64,000 nucleotides of DNA. Source: Candidatus Hydrogenedentota bacterium. Lineage in GTDB: Bacteria > Hydrogenedentota > Hydrogenedentia > Hydrogenedentales > JAEUWI01. Made by a program: the position numbers and the translations under genes. The number at the start of each line of letters is the position of its first letter. The stretch's first letter is position 1. The stretch covers positions 1 through 64,000 of the forward strand of contig JAXMOL010000002.1 of assembly GCA_034669905.1 (NCBI GenBank). Reading direction: 5' to 3'. This document shows, piece by piece, positions 28,522 to 37,620 of the stretch. The notes under the pieces were generated by a model. It saw only the letters and a list, made by a program, of their open reading frames with translations, was not told the DNA's origin and searched no databases.

Positions 28522-28743
28522 ATGTCTGAACATCGTCCAGGATACTATAAAGACAAACACGGGGATTGGCAGAAGGATCGGCGTACCAACAGTCGCCGGA
28601 GTCCCGGTGCCTTCCCCTTTGAACACGAGCAACGGAAACAGTTCCGGCGCAAAGCGGACCGGGAATTGTATGAGAGGGACCATAAAAAGGCCATCAAAGA
28701 GGCCTTAGAAGATTTCGCAGAAGATCACGACGGCCACTTGTAG
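28522..28743 (+). CDS. Small charged hypothetical protein (73 aa)
   Basis: Has its own promoter-like element, a purine-rich RBS and a downstream terminator; fills an otherwise empty intergenic gap. Confidence 0.6.
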   Translation: MSEHRPGYYKDKHGDWQKDRRTNSRRSPGAFPFEHEQRKQFRRKADRELYERDHKKAIKEALEDFAEDHDGHL

Positions 28744-28790
28744 CCCACCGCAGGCTACTGCGTTATCGTCCGAATTTACCGGAATCATCC

Positions 28791-28823
28791 CGGGCAGGCA
28801 CCAACGCCTGCCCGTTTCTTTTT
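28791..28823 (+). terminator. Rho-independent terminator
   Basis: CGGGCAGGC-ACCAAC-GCCTGCCCG-TTTCTTTTT. Confidence 0.75.
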
Positions 28824-28920
28824 GAGTTTATGGGCGATTCAAGGGGAATATATCCATCTCAGCAGATTGGTGTGCCCCCGAACGCACTTAACCTCTTCAC
28901 GCGCCCCCGGTTCGATCACG

Positions 28921-30219
28921 TCACTGCTGTGCTCGGGCCAGGGTGGCCTGTGCTTCGGCCTGGAGTTCCGTGGTGGCCGCCTCCGCTGATTTGAGCCCCG
29001 CCAAAACCGCCGACTCGGCCTTCTCCACCAAGCTCCGTATCTCCTGCCACCCCCTCAGGTTGGGCTCGGTCTTTGCAAAGGCCAGGCAATCATAGGGCAC
29101 CTTGTTGGAAGGCCACGCATCCCAATAGGCCTGCATGCGGGGGTCGTCGGCCACCGATTTCCGGATGGGCAGGTATCCCGTCGCGAGGGCCCACTCGGTC
29201 ATGACGGGCACCGACGTGAAGTGGCGGGTGAACGCCCACGCCACCCGTTCCTGTTCCGCTCCCGTCTTGAAGATCGTAATGTTGGGCCCAAAAAGTATGG
29301 TCGCCGGGCGGTCCAGATTCTGCTGGGGCAAGGGGTTCATGGACCAGTCGTCGTTCTTACCGCCCATGGCCACGGCCATGTTGGCACTGCCTGCGCTGGT
29401 GCGGATGGTGAAGGCCACGTCATCGCGGGCGAAAGCCACTTCGTCGTCAAAGGTGCGTGCCTGAATCTGGTAGGCGAGCTCCTCCTCCATCAGGGTTTCC
29501 AACAGACCAAAGGCCTGGCGGGCGGCGGGCTGGTCATATTGGAAGACCCCGTCCACCACCAGTTCGCCCCCCATACTGAAAATCATGCCACTGATGGTCG
29601 AGCAGTCCACGGAAATGGCATAGGCGGGTTTGCCGGTCTTCTCACGGATGGTCCGGCACTGCTGCAGGAACTCCTCCCACGTCCTGGGCGGTGCCCCAAT
29701 CCCCGCGGCCCGGAGTACCCGGTGGTTGGCATAAAGCATGAGCACACTCTTGGAAAAGGGGAAGGACAAGAGCTGCCCGTCGTAGTCGCTGTAGTAATTG
29801 CTCTCCAGGACCGCCGGAAAAAAATCGGCAAGTTCCTCCGGGGACAGGCCACCGGATGCCGCCGACACGAAGCCATCCAAAGGCACCACCGCGCCGGAGG
29901 CCGCATATTGGGCCGTCATGCTTTCATAGGAGACGGCCATGGCGGGAAGCTGGCGCGCCTGGATGCTGGCCATGACCTTGCGATAAATTTCGCCATAGTT
30001 CCCCGTCGTCTCGATGCGGACGGGCAGTCCCTCCTGCGAATCATTGAACTCGTCGGTGATTCGTTGCAGGAGCTGGGCCGTTTCCGTGGTCTGACGATCC
30101 CAGAAGACCACCTGGTCGGTGCTCAGGGGCTGAAAATCACCTGAGGATGATGGGGTCGGATTACAGCCCGCGATAAGACCGCCAAGCAGGGAGAGACCAA
30201 TAAAGGAGCGTGTGAACAT
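28921..30219 (-). CDS. Carbohydrate/glycerol-3-phosphate-type ABC transporter substrate-binding lipoprotein
   Basis: IAGC lipobox; SFPFSKS..MLYAN and W..ATGYLPIRKS (UgpB-like). Confidence 0.85.
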   Translation of the reverse strand: MFTRSFIGLSLLGGLIAGCNPTPSSSGDFQPLSTDQVVFWDRQTTETAQLLQRITDEFNDSQEGLPVRIETTGNYGEIYRKVMASIQARQLPAMAVSYESMTAQYAASGAVVPLDGFVSAASGGLSPEELADFFPAVLESNYYSDYDGQLLSFPFSKSVLMLYANHRVLRAAGIGAPPRTWEEFLQQCRTIREKTGKPAYAISVDCSTISGMIFSMGGELVVDGVFQYDQPAARQAFGLLETLMEEELAYQIQARTFDDEVAFARDDVAFTIRTSAGSANMAVAMGGKNDDWSMNPLPQQNLDRPATILFGPNITIFKTGAEQERVAWAFTRHFTSVPVMTEWALATGYLPIRKSVADDPRMQAYWDAWPSNKVPYDCLAFAKTEPNLRGWQEIRSLVEKAESAVLAGLKSAEAATTELQAEAQATLARAQQ

Positions 30220-30313
30220 TGATTGATTCCTGTGTCCGTTTCAGGCGATTGGATGGTAGCCTTTGGCGCAACATTTGTTCTGCGGAAACCGGAGAAACAT
30301 AACGCGATCTCGG

Positions 30314-31123
30314 TCATTCCTTCAATCCACTGCCCAGGGCACCCGTTTCGAAATAGCGCTGGGTCACCAGGAACAGCAGGATGCTCGGCACAATAACAAA
30401 GGCGGATGCGCACATCAACAGATTGAGCCGCACGCCTGAGTCGAGCACGAAGGAAGCCAAGCCCACCTGCACCACCCCCATGGATGGGTCGCTCGTCACG
30501 ACCAACGGCCAGAGGAGGGCGTTGTAACTCCCCAGAAAGGCGAAGAGAAACACGGTGACCAGCGTGGGCTTCACCATGCTGGCGCCGATGTGGCGCAGAA
30601 AGCGCAGGGGGCCGCAGCCGTCCAACACGGCCGCATCATAGTAGGCCTCGGGCAAACTCAGAAAGGCCTGGCGCACGAGAAAAATGCCGAAGGCGTTGGC
30701 GCACCAGGGCACGATGAGGGCCGCGTAGCTGTTGTACCAACCCAGCCGGGTAATGACGACAAAGTTGGGGATAAAGGTAATTTCAAAAGGCACCATCATG
30801 GTGGCCAGCACCAACCCGAAAAGCACACCCCGTCCCCGGAAGGAAAAACGGGCGAAAGCGTAGCCCGCCAGCAGGGACGTCAGCACCACGGAAAGGCCGA
30901 CGGTGATGCCTACCAACATGGAGTTAAAGAAGTAGCGGCCGAAGGGGGCTGCCTGAAAGGTGGCCGACAGGTTGCCCCATTGCCAGGCCTGGGGCAAGGG
31001 GTTCAGGCTGCCGCCCATGGATTCGGGCAGGGTCTTAAAGGCCGTGCCCACCATCCAGATAAAGGGATAAATCACGAGCAGCGCACCCAGGGTCAGCACT
31101 ATGTAGGCCCATGCGCGCTTCAT
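30314..31123 (-). CDS. Carbohydrate ABC transporter permease (MalG/UgpE-like)
   Basis: AGYAFARFSFRGR and EAA-like DAAVLDG loop; ATGA overlap with the upstream permease. Confidence 0.9.
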   Translation of the reverse strand: MKRAWAYIVLTLGALLVIYPFIWMVGTAFKTLPESMGGSLNPLPQAWQWGNLSATFQAAPFGRYFFNSMLVGITVGLSVVLTSLLAGYAFARFSFRGRGVLFGLVLATMMVPFEITFIPNFVVITRLGWYNSYAALIVPWCANAFGIFLVRQAFLSLPEAYYDAAVLDGCGPLRFLRHIGASMVKPTLVTVFLFAFLGSYNALLWPLVVTSDPSMGVVQVGLASFVLDSGVRLNLLMCASAFVIVPSILLFLVTQRYFETGALGSGLKE

Positions 31124-32127
31124 GAATAGTGCACCCAGCGACGGGCAAAGCGGGCCTGCACCAGCGCCAGCGCGATAATGGCCACCAGTAACAAGGTGGC
31201 GATGGCAGCGCCATACCCCCACCGTCCGTTGTCATAGAAATTGGCAAAGAGATAGATCACCAGATTCTCGGTCGTGCCCAGGGTGTTGCCGCCACTTTGC
31301 GTGAGGGCATAGAAACTGTTGAAGGCCTGAAAGCCTGAAATGGTGCCAATGAGCAAAAGAAAATAGAGGGTCGGCGTAAGCAGCGGCAGGGTCACGTGTC
31401 GAATCACCTGGAGCACCCCTGCGCCATCAATCCGCGCGGCGTCTTCCAGGTCCTGGGGAATGGCCGAAAGTCCCGCGAGGAGGATCACCACCGTAAAGCC
31501 CAGTCCATGCCAGACGTCAAAGGCCATCACGCAACACAGGGCCAGACTCGGCCCCACATCGGCCGCGACGGCACCGCCGGTTACGACGTGTAACAGGCCC
31601 CGGGGCTCCAGCAGCCATTGCTGGGTCGGCAGCCCGAGCCATTCGAGCAGCCCATTGGCCAGGCCACCCTGGGGATTCAACAGGGCCCGCCAGACCAGGG
31701 CCGCTGCATAGGCCGAGGTGATGTAGGGCAAAAAATAGAGGGTGCGAAAAAGGGTGCGCCCCCGGGTGATGTGCATGAGCCCCCAAGCCACCACAAAGCC
31801 CAGTCCGATGGTGGTGGGCACGACGCCCACGAGGTACCAGGCCGTGACCCGGACGCTGTTCCAGAAGGCCGATGATTGCAGGGCCTCTTGATAGTTCCCC
31901 ATCCCTGTAAAGGCTCCATCGCCATAGCGCAGGTCGAAGAGACTGAGCAGCACTGTGCTTACGATGGGCGCCACCCCGAAAACGCCGAGCAGGATCAACG
32001 CAGGTGCCAAGAGACACAGGGCCGCACGTCGCCCCCCTTCCGGCCTGCCCGAACGCCCGACAAGATGGCCATCGGCCCACGCCAACACCCGGTCCAACCC
32101 GTCGCTGAATCCTACCCAAAGGGACAT
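31120..32127 (-). CDS. Carbohydrate ABC transporter permease (MalF/UgpA-like)
   Basis: FRTLYFLPY and LAGLSAIPQDLEDAARIDGA...HVTLPLL. Confidence 0.9.
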   Translation of the reverse strand: MSLWVGFSDGLDRVLAWADGHLVGRSGRPEGGRRAALCLLAPALILLGVFGVAPIVSTVLLSLFDLRYGDGAFTGMGNYQEALQSSAFWNSVRVTAWYLVGVVPTTIGLGFVVAWGLMHITRGRTLFRTLYFLPYITSAYAAALVWRALLNPQGGLANGLLEWLGLPTQQWLLEPRGLLHVVTGGAVAADVGPSLALCCVMAFDVWHGLGFTVVILLAGLSAIPQDLEDAARIDGAGVLQVIRHVTLPLLTPTLYFLLLIGTISGFQAFNSFYALTQSGGNTLGTTENLVIYLFANFYDNGRWGYGAAIATLLLVAIIALALVQARFARRWVHYS

Positions 32128-32383
32128 GACTTCCTCGTTCGTTTCTCAACCCACCCCGACGCCCTGATTCTAGCAGCACGGTCACCGCCATAGAAACAAG
32201 AGCCTGCACGTCCATCCCGCCAACGCACTCCCGCAGGAGCGGAAGGGTAGGCATTGCTACGGAGGACCGCAGCAACGAGCAAAACCGTGGACGAACGGAG
32301 AGCTCGTCCCACCGTCATGTATACTACCCCTCGAACCAAGCCCACATCCGCCATCGCCCACCCGGCACTTGGAAGGACGCTCC

Positions 32384-33820
32384 ATGATCTCCAACGCACC
32401 CTATCACCTGCTCCTTACACTCCTGCTCTTCCTTCCGACACTGAGCCACGGACAAGTCACCGAGGCGCCAGCGCCCGCCCCCACCACCCAGGATGAACTG
32501 GCCGCACCGGAACAGGTCGTGGAAGTGGACGAAGCCGCCGAAGACGATGACATCGGCACGCGCCTCCAGGGCATCCTCGAATCCACCGACCGTTTCGCCA
32601 ACCCCAAGGTCGAGGTGGACAACGGCGTGGTCTTCCTCTATGGCACCACGGAGAAAACGGAATACAAAGACTGGGCACGCCAACTCGCCCTCAAGACCCA
32701 GGACGTCGTCGCCGTGGTGAACAACATCACGGTGCAGGAAATTGAGGTCAACCTCTGGGACTTTACCCCGGCCTATCAGGAAATCCGCAACATGGGACGG
32801 GAGTTCGTGCTCGCCCTGCCCATGGTGGCCCTGGGTCTCCTCATCCTTCTCTTAACCCTGCTGGCGGGCCGGGTCGCTCTCTATATCGCCCGGGGTTTTC
32901 TCAAGCAACGGATGGAGAGTGTGATCCTCCGCGAAGTCATCAGCCGGACCATCGTGGTTTTCGTCAGCATTCTCGGCCTCTATTTTTTCCTCCGCATTTC
33001 CGGGCTCACTTCCCTCGCCCTCGCCATGCTCAGCGGCACAGGCGTCATCGGCCTCCTCGTGGGTCTGGCCTTTCGCGACATCGCCGAGAACTTCCTCGCC
33101 AGCGTCCTCATCAGCATCCAGAAACCCTTCCGCGTGGGTGACACCATTGCCGTGGACGGGCACACCGGGGTGGTCCAGAAGGTAACCACCCGCGGCACGG
33201 TGCTCATGGCCTTCGATGGCAACTACATCCAGATTGCCAACGCCACCATCTACAAAAACACGATTGAAAACTTTACCGCCAACCCCAATACGCGGATGGA
33301 CTTCGCCATCGGCGTGGGCTATGACGGCCCCGTGTCCAAGTCCCAGTCGATCATCATGGAGGTACTCCGCGCCCACGAGGCCGTGCTGAACGACCCCGAG
33401 CCCAACGTATTGGTGGAAAGCCTCGGCTCTTCCACCATCAATCTCCGGGTCTACTACTGGGTCGACGTGAGTAAACACAGTGGACTGAAAGTGAACTCCG
33501 CCATCATTCGCCTCACCCTGGCGGCCCTCACCGAAGCCGGCATCTCCATGCCCGACGACGCCCGCGAAATCGTCTTCCCCGAAGGCGTCCCCGTGTTGCA
33601 GATCAACAAGCAAGAACAGGAAGAAGAAAAAGTGCGCACCGTCCAACGGGCCAGCGCCCAGGCGCGCCAGGAAAAAGAGCCCGAATCCACCGAATCGGAA
33701 GGCAACCTCGGCAGCGACGTGGCCAACCTCAACGCCCAGGCCCAGGCCGCCCCCTCCCCCGAAGAAGGCAGCGACTTGCTGGCATCGGAAAGTGAATGCA
33801 GCGAAAAGAAGGGGACCTGA
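32384..33820 (+). CDS. BON-domain-containing MscS mechanosensitive channel
   Basis: Signal peptide, BON-like VEVDNGVVFLYG...VVAVVNNI, GLAFRDIAENFLAS...KPFRVGD MscS core. Confidence 0.88.
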   Translation: MISNAPYHLLLTLLLFLPTLSHGQVTEAPAPAPTTQDELAAPEQVVEVDEAAEDDDIGTRLQGILESTDRFANPKVEVDNGVVFLYGTTEKTEYKDWARQLALKTQDVVAVVNNITVQEIEVNLWDFTPAYQEIRNMGREFVLALPMVALGLLILLLTLLAGRVALYIARGFLKQRMESVILREVISRTIVVFVSILGLYFFLRISGLTSLALAMLSGTGVIGLLVGLAFRDIAENFLASVLISIQKPFRVGDTIAVDGHTGVVQKVTTRGTVLMAFDGNYIQIANATIYKNTIENFTANPNTRMDFAIGVGYDGPVSKSQSIIMEVLRAHEAVLNDPEPNVLVESLGSSTINLRVYYWVDVSKHSGLKVNSAIIRLTLAALTEAGISMPDDAREIVFPEGVPVLQINKQEQEEEKVRTVQRASAQARQEKEPESTESEGNLGSDVANLNAQAQAAPSPEEGSDLLASESECSEKKGT

Positions 33821-34259
33821 GGCGGGTTCGCGCGTACGGAACACGAAAGAATACAGGCCAGGTCATTTCCCTTGCCCCCCGGCATCCTTAGAGAAAACCC
33901 CAAGGGTGCCACCCTCAAAGACGTGAGGTACGAACGACTTTGTGGGTGTAGAGGCTTCCCGTGGACAAGGCCAGCCACATGCCACCAAAAACAAATCCCG
34001 GTCGTGCACCATCCGTGTTATCCGGTTTATCCGTGGTCAAAAACAGCGGACAACCACCCGCCGATTGCTACCCATCCCAATCGCCCATCCTCCACCGTCC
34101 ACCCCAAGTGACGCGGGGGCCCGCCGGAACGCTCGGCACACCAACATCCGTGCGGACGTCGGGGCCGTACCCCGCCCATGCCCTCCCCTGGTCACGGACT
34201 ACCATATCGCGACTGTGGGATTCCGTTGGCGACCTATGGTCGCCAATGCGATTCTATTC

Positions 34260-35006
34260 CTACCCCGCCACCCGCTGGTAGTTCCGAATCGTGAACTGGT
34301 CTTCAAAGCCGATCTTCCGATAGATGCCCGCCCCCGCCTTCGAGGCCTGCAGGGTGACCTGACGGCAGCCCGAGGCGCGGCAGTGGGCCATGACGTGGTC
34401 CATCAGCCGCTTCGCCACACCCTGTCCGCGAAAATCTTTCGGCACACCGACCTGGTGAATGCCGATGGTATCCCCCGTCATATAGGTCAACGCCGTTGCC
34501 GCGGCGACTCCGTCTACGCGGGCGAGAAAAAAGTCCAGGTGGGCCACCCCACCCAGTCGCTGGGTCACGGTTTCGTCAATCGCGTAGCCAAAGGCCTGGG
34601 AGCAGACGTCGGTCCACGTATGGATTCCTTCCGCCGTGGTGACCATCTCCGTGGCTCCATCCGACACCCATTCGGTATCGACCGTATCAAGCGGCAGCAC
34701 CATGGCCGTGAGGGCGGATCGTTCGGTAAAGCCGTGGTGCGCGAGGGCCGATTGCAGGGCTGCGACTCCCCCCTGGGGCCAGGGCCACACGGGCACGATA
34801 CCACGTCGGGGCAGTGCCGCGAGGGTATTGGCCAGATGCACGAGCTGGTCTTCGGTGGCATTCCAGTCAAGCCAGCAGCGATGGGGCCAGCTTTCAGATA
34901 TATTCAAGGTGGCGGGCGCCTCTGACGGGGGGACCGTCACCCCCATGGCCTTCCAAAGGCCGGTCAGGTTGTCGATATTGGTACCCGCTGCGGCTTCCGT
35001 GCTCAT
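34260..35006 (-). CDS. GNAT family N-acetyltransferase
   Basis: VGVPKDFRGQGVA...LQASKAGAGIYRKIGF. Confidence 0.88.
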   Translation of the reverse strand: MSTEAAAGTNIDNLTGLWKAMGVTVPPSEAPATLNISESWPHRCWLDWNATEDQLVHLANTLAALPRRGIVPVWPWPQGGVAALQSALAHHGFTERSALTAMVLPLDTVDTEWVSDGATEMVTTAEGIHTWTDVCSQAFGYAIDETVTQRLGGVAHLDFFLARVDGVAAATALTYMTGDTIGIHQVGVPKDFRGQGVAKRLMDHVMAHCRASGCRQVTLQASKAGAGIYRKIGFEDQFTIRNYQRVAG

Positions 35007-35161
35007 TCCAACTCCTTTTTTCGTGCGAATCTGGCTGTTTTTCCCGCTGGGAACCCCCAACGGTGGTCCCTCCTACCCTACATTATGCTTATCGGCACAC
35101 TGAACCACATTATATAGAGAAAAGTGGGAACTCTCCGCCTATATAGGGTATGCTATCTCCC

Positions 35162-36034
35162 ATGGACAACGCACCTTTTGAATTCGCTAAACTGGACTAT
35201 CCCCTCGCAGGTTGCACCTTGTATAACATCGGTGGCCCCGCGAAGGTTGCCCTACTGCCTCGAAACGAGGCGGAAGTCAATGAGGCCTACCAGTGGATGC
35301 TGGCCCAGCCGGGGAAAAAGCTCATCCTGGGCGGTGGTTCGAACGTCCTCATCAACGACGCTGGCTTCGATGGCATCGTCCTCTTTACGACCGAGCTCCT
35401 CCGTATGGACGACCTGGGCGAGCACCGCTATTACGTGGGTTCCGGGTGCGAATTGGACGATATGGTCCAGCAAATCATGCTGAAGCACAATTATGAGGGC
35501 GTGGGCGGCTTTACGGGTATTCCGGGCTCGGTCGGCGGTGCGATCTACATGAACGCCGGTACGGTCAAGGGCTCCACCTGTGAATGGATGGCCTCCGTCG
35601 ACGTGGTCAAGCCGAGCGGGGTGGTCACAGTACCCATGACGTCCGATCTATACAGCTATCGGGGCCAGACCTTCTGCGCGCCGGGGGATGTGATTCTCGG
35701 GGGCACCTTTCAGTTTGCGCCCTCCGAAACGGATCAGCAGGCCATCTACAACCACTATAAGCAGCGTCGCCGCGAGAAACAGCCCCAGGGCTATTGCTGC
35801 GGCAGTGTGTTTAAGAATCCGGAGGGTGGCCATGCCGGCCACCTGATTGAATCCTGCGGCCTCAAGGGCACGCGCCGCGGTGGGGCGATTATCAGTCCCA
35901 TGCACGCAAATTTCATCATGAATGAAGGGGAAGCCACCTTTCAGGATGTGGTCGATTTGATTGGCCTCGCCAAGGAACGGGTGGCCAGCCAACATGGTGT
36001 CCGGTTGGAAGAAGAAGTACGTATCATCGCCTGA
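35162..36034 (+). CDS. murB: UDP-N-acetylenolpyruvoylglucosamine reductase
   Basis: IGGPA, LGGGSN, GIPGSVGGAIYMNAG, GSVFKNP, HANF and LEEEV; alternative start at 35150. Confidence 0.93.
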   Translation: MDNAPFEFAKLDYPLAGCTLYNIGGPAKVALLPRNEAEVNEAYQWMLAQPGKKLILGGGSNVLINDAGFDGIVLFTTELLRMDDLGEHRYYVGSGCELDDMVQQIMLKHNYEGVGGFTGIPGSVGGAIYMNAGTVKGSTCEWMASVDVVKPSGVVTVPMTSDLYSYRGQTFCAPGDVILGGTFQFAPSETDQQAIYNHYKQRRREKQPQGYCCGSVFKNPEGGHAGHLIESCGLKGTRRGGAIISPMHANFIMNEGEATFQDVVDLIGLAKERVASQHGVRLEEEVRIIA

Positions 36035-36041
36035 CAACCCG

Positions 36042-36070
36042 TTGCATCCACACGAGGGGTGGGCTATGAT
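36042..36070 (+). promoter_or_regulatory. sigma70-like promoter upstream of pilT
   Basis: TTGCAT-N17-TATGAT. Confidence 0.5.
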
Positions 36071-36199
36071 GTGAAACAGGAAATCGGTCGGGGAGGTCGG
36101 AGCAGGACTGCGTCGTATCCCCTGTTGTGTATAGCTTTATGTAACTCGAAGACGTTGTCAATATGACCCCGCGAAACGCGCCTCAGGAGCCTACCCCCC

Positions 36200-37288
36200 A
36201 TGGATATTCATGATCTGTTTGACCTTGTTGCCCAGGAAAATGCCTCCGACCTGCTGATCAGCGCCGGGGCACCGCCCATCCTGCGCATTCACGGCCAGCT
36301 GTTTCGCAGTCGAACCGACGCCCTGACCCCCGAGCAGACGGAAAAACTCATCTTCGACTTTCTGTCAGACGATCAGCGGGAACGCTTCCTGAATGATAAG
36401 GAGCTGGATTTCTCCCTGGCTTCTGGCCGTCGTCACCGCTTCCGCGTGAATGTATACCGCCAGAAAGGGGCTGTAACGGCCGCTTTCCGCCCTATCCCCG
36501 AGAAGATCCCCGACATCGAAGCCCTGGGCCTGCCCGAAGCGGTAAAGGACGTTGCGGCCACCAAACAGGGGCTGGTGCTCGTTACGGGCCCCACCGGCCA
36601 CGGCAAAACGACGACCCAGGCGGCGCTCATCGATCTTATTAACGAAGAGCGGGCCTGCCACATCATCACCGTAGAAGATCCCATCGAGTATGTGCATACG
36701 CACAAGCGTTCCATTATTGACCAGCGCGAAGTCGGTGCGGACACAGATAGCTTCCCCAATGCCCTGAAGTATGTCTTGCGGCAGGACCCGGACGTTATCC
36801 TCATTGGCGAAATGCGCGATTTGGAGACGATCAAGGCGGCGCTGACGGCGGCAGAAACGGGGCACCTGGTCTTTGCGACCCTCCACACCAACGATGCGAT
36901 TCAGACGGTGGACCGTATCATCGACGTATTCCCGGGACACGAGCAACAGCAGATTCGCTTCCAGCTTTCCATGACGCTCCATTCCATCATTTCGCAGCGC
37001 CTCCTGCCCAATGCCGACAACACGGGGCGGGTGTTGGCCTGTGAAATGCTCATGAACAATACGGCCATTGCCAACCTCATTCGAGAAGGCAAGACGCACC
37101 AGGTCTACAGCGTGCTGGAAACGAGTACCCGCGAAGGTATGATCACGATGGACCGTGCGGTGAAAGACCTTTACAACGGCGGTCAGATCACCGAAGAAGA
37201 CGCTGTTGCCCTCATGAAGAACCCCAAGGATCTCAAGTCGACGGCGAAGAAACCGGCCAAGAAGGCTGCCAAGAAGTCCGCCAACTAA
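36200..37288 (+). CDS. pilT: Type IV pilus retraction ATPase
   Basis: GPTGHGKTTT, TVEDPIE, LRQDPDVILIGEMRD, AAETGHLVFATLHT and AIANLIRE (AIRNLIRE-like). Confidence 0.92.
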   Translation: MDIHDLFDLVAQENASDLLISAGAPPILRIHGQLFRSRTDALTPEQTEKLIFDFLSDDQRERFLNDKELDFSLASGRRHRFRVNVYRQKGAVTAAFRPIPEKIPDIEALGLPEAVKDVAATKQGLVLVTGPTGHGKTTTQAALIDLINEERACHIITVEDPIEYVHTHKRSIIDQREVGADTDSFPNALKYVLRQDPDVILIGEMRDLETIKAALTAAETGHLVFATLHTNDAIQTVDRIIDVFPGHEQQQIRFQLSMTLHSIISQRLLPNADNTGRVLACEMLMNNTAIANLIREGKTHQVYSVLETSTREGMITMDRAVKDLYNGGQITEEDAVALMKNPKDLKSTAKKPAKKAAKKSAN

Positions 37289-37620
37289 TCATCCGCCCCC
37301 TGGAGCGAGACGCCCACATGGAGCCTTTGCTCGGTGTGGTTGCGGCGTCGTATGCGGGCGCGCTGTTTCCCATGCCAAGTGCATGGCGAAATTGTATCAA
37401 TCTAGCGCATAGCGCCCCCCCTTGTCAGGAGTTTATGGTACAATTTTTCACGGTAGCGCGGTTGGCATTTGACGTGTAGGGAAGCTCTGTCCTGGAATTC
37501 TCGTCGTGGCGGCAATTCTGAATCGCCATACAGTAGTGCAACTGTGCACCCTCAAATCTAATTCACTATTTGACGCGCTCCGCTTGCGCGCATTCCAATT
37601 CGAACCAACGGGATGCCATT

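Noticed and set aside
28921..32127. ABC transporter lacking an ATPase gene as a pseudo-operon
   Set aside because: Carbohydrate ABC systems commonly share an MsmX/MalK-type ATPase encoded elsewhere.
32128..32383. Possible riboswitch or ncRNA between divergent ABC and mscS genes
   Set aside because: Only a short REP-like hairpin is visible and I recognise no riboswitch consensus; an Infernal/Rfam scan would be needed.
32384..33820. BON-MscS fusion (and the CPA-CBS fusion at 11546-13243) as novel architectures
   Set aside because: Both architectures are already familiar in bacterial genomes, so they are kept as features only.
33942..34925. 327-aa plus-strand ORF
   Set aside because: Mostly antisense to the GNAT gene and runs through intergenic repeats; no recognisable domain.
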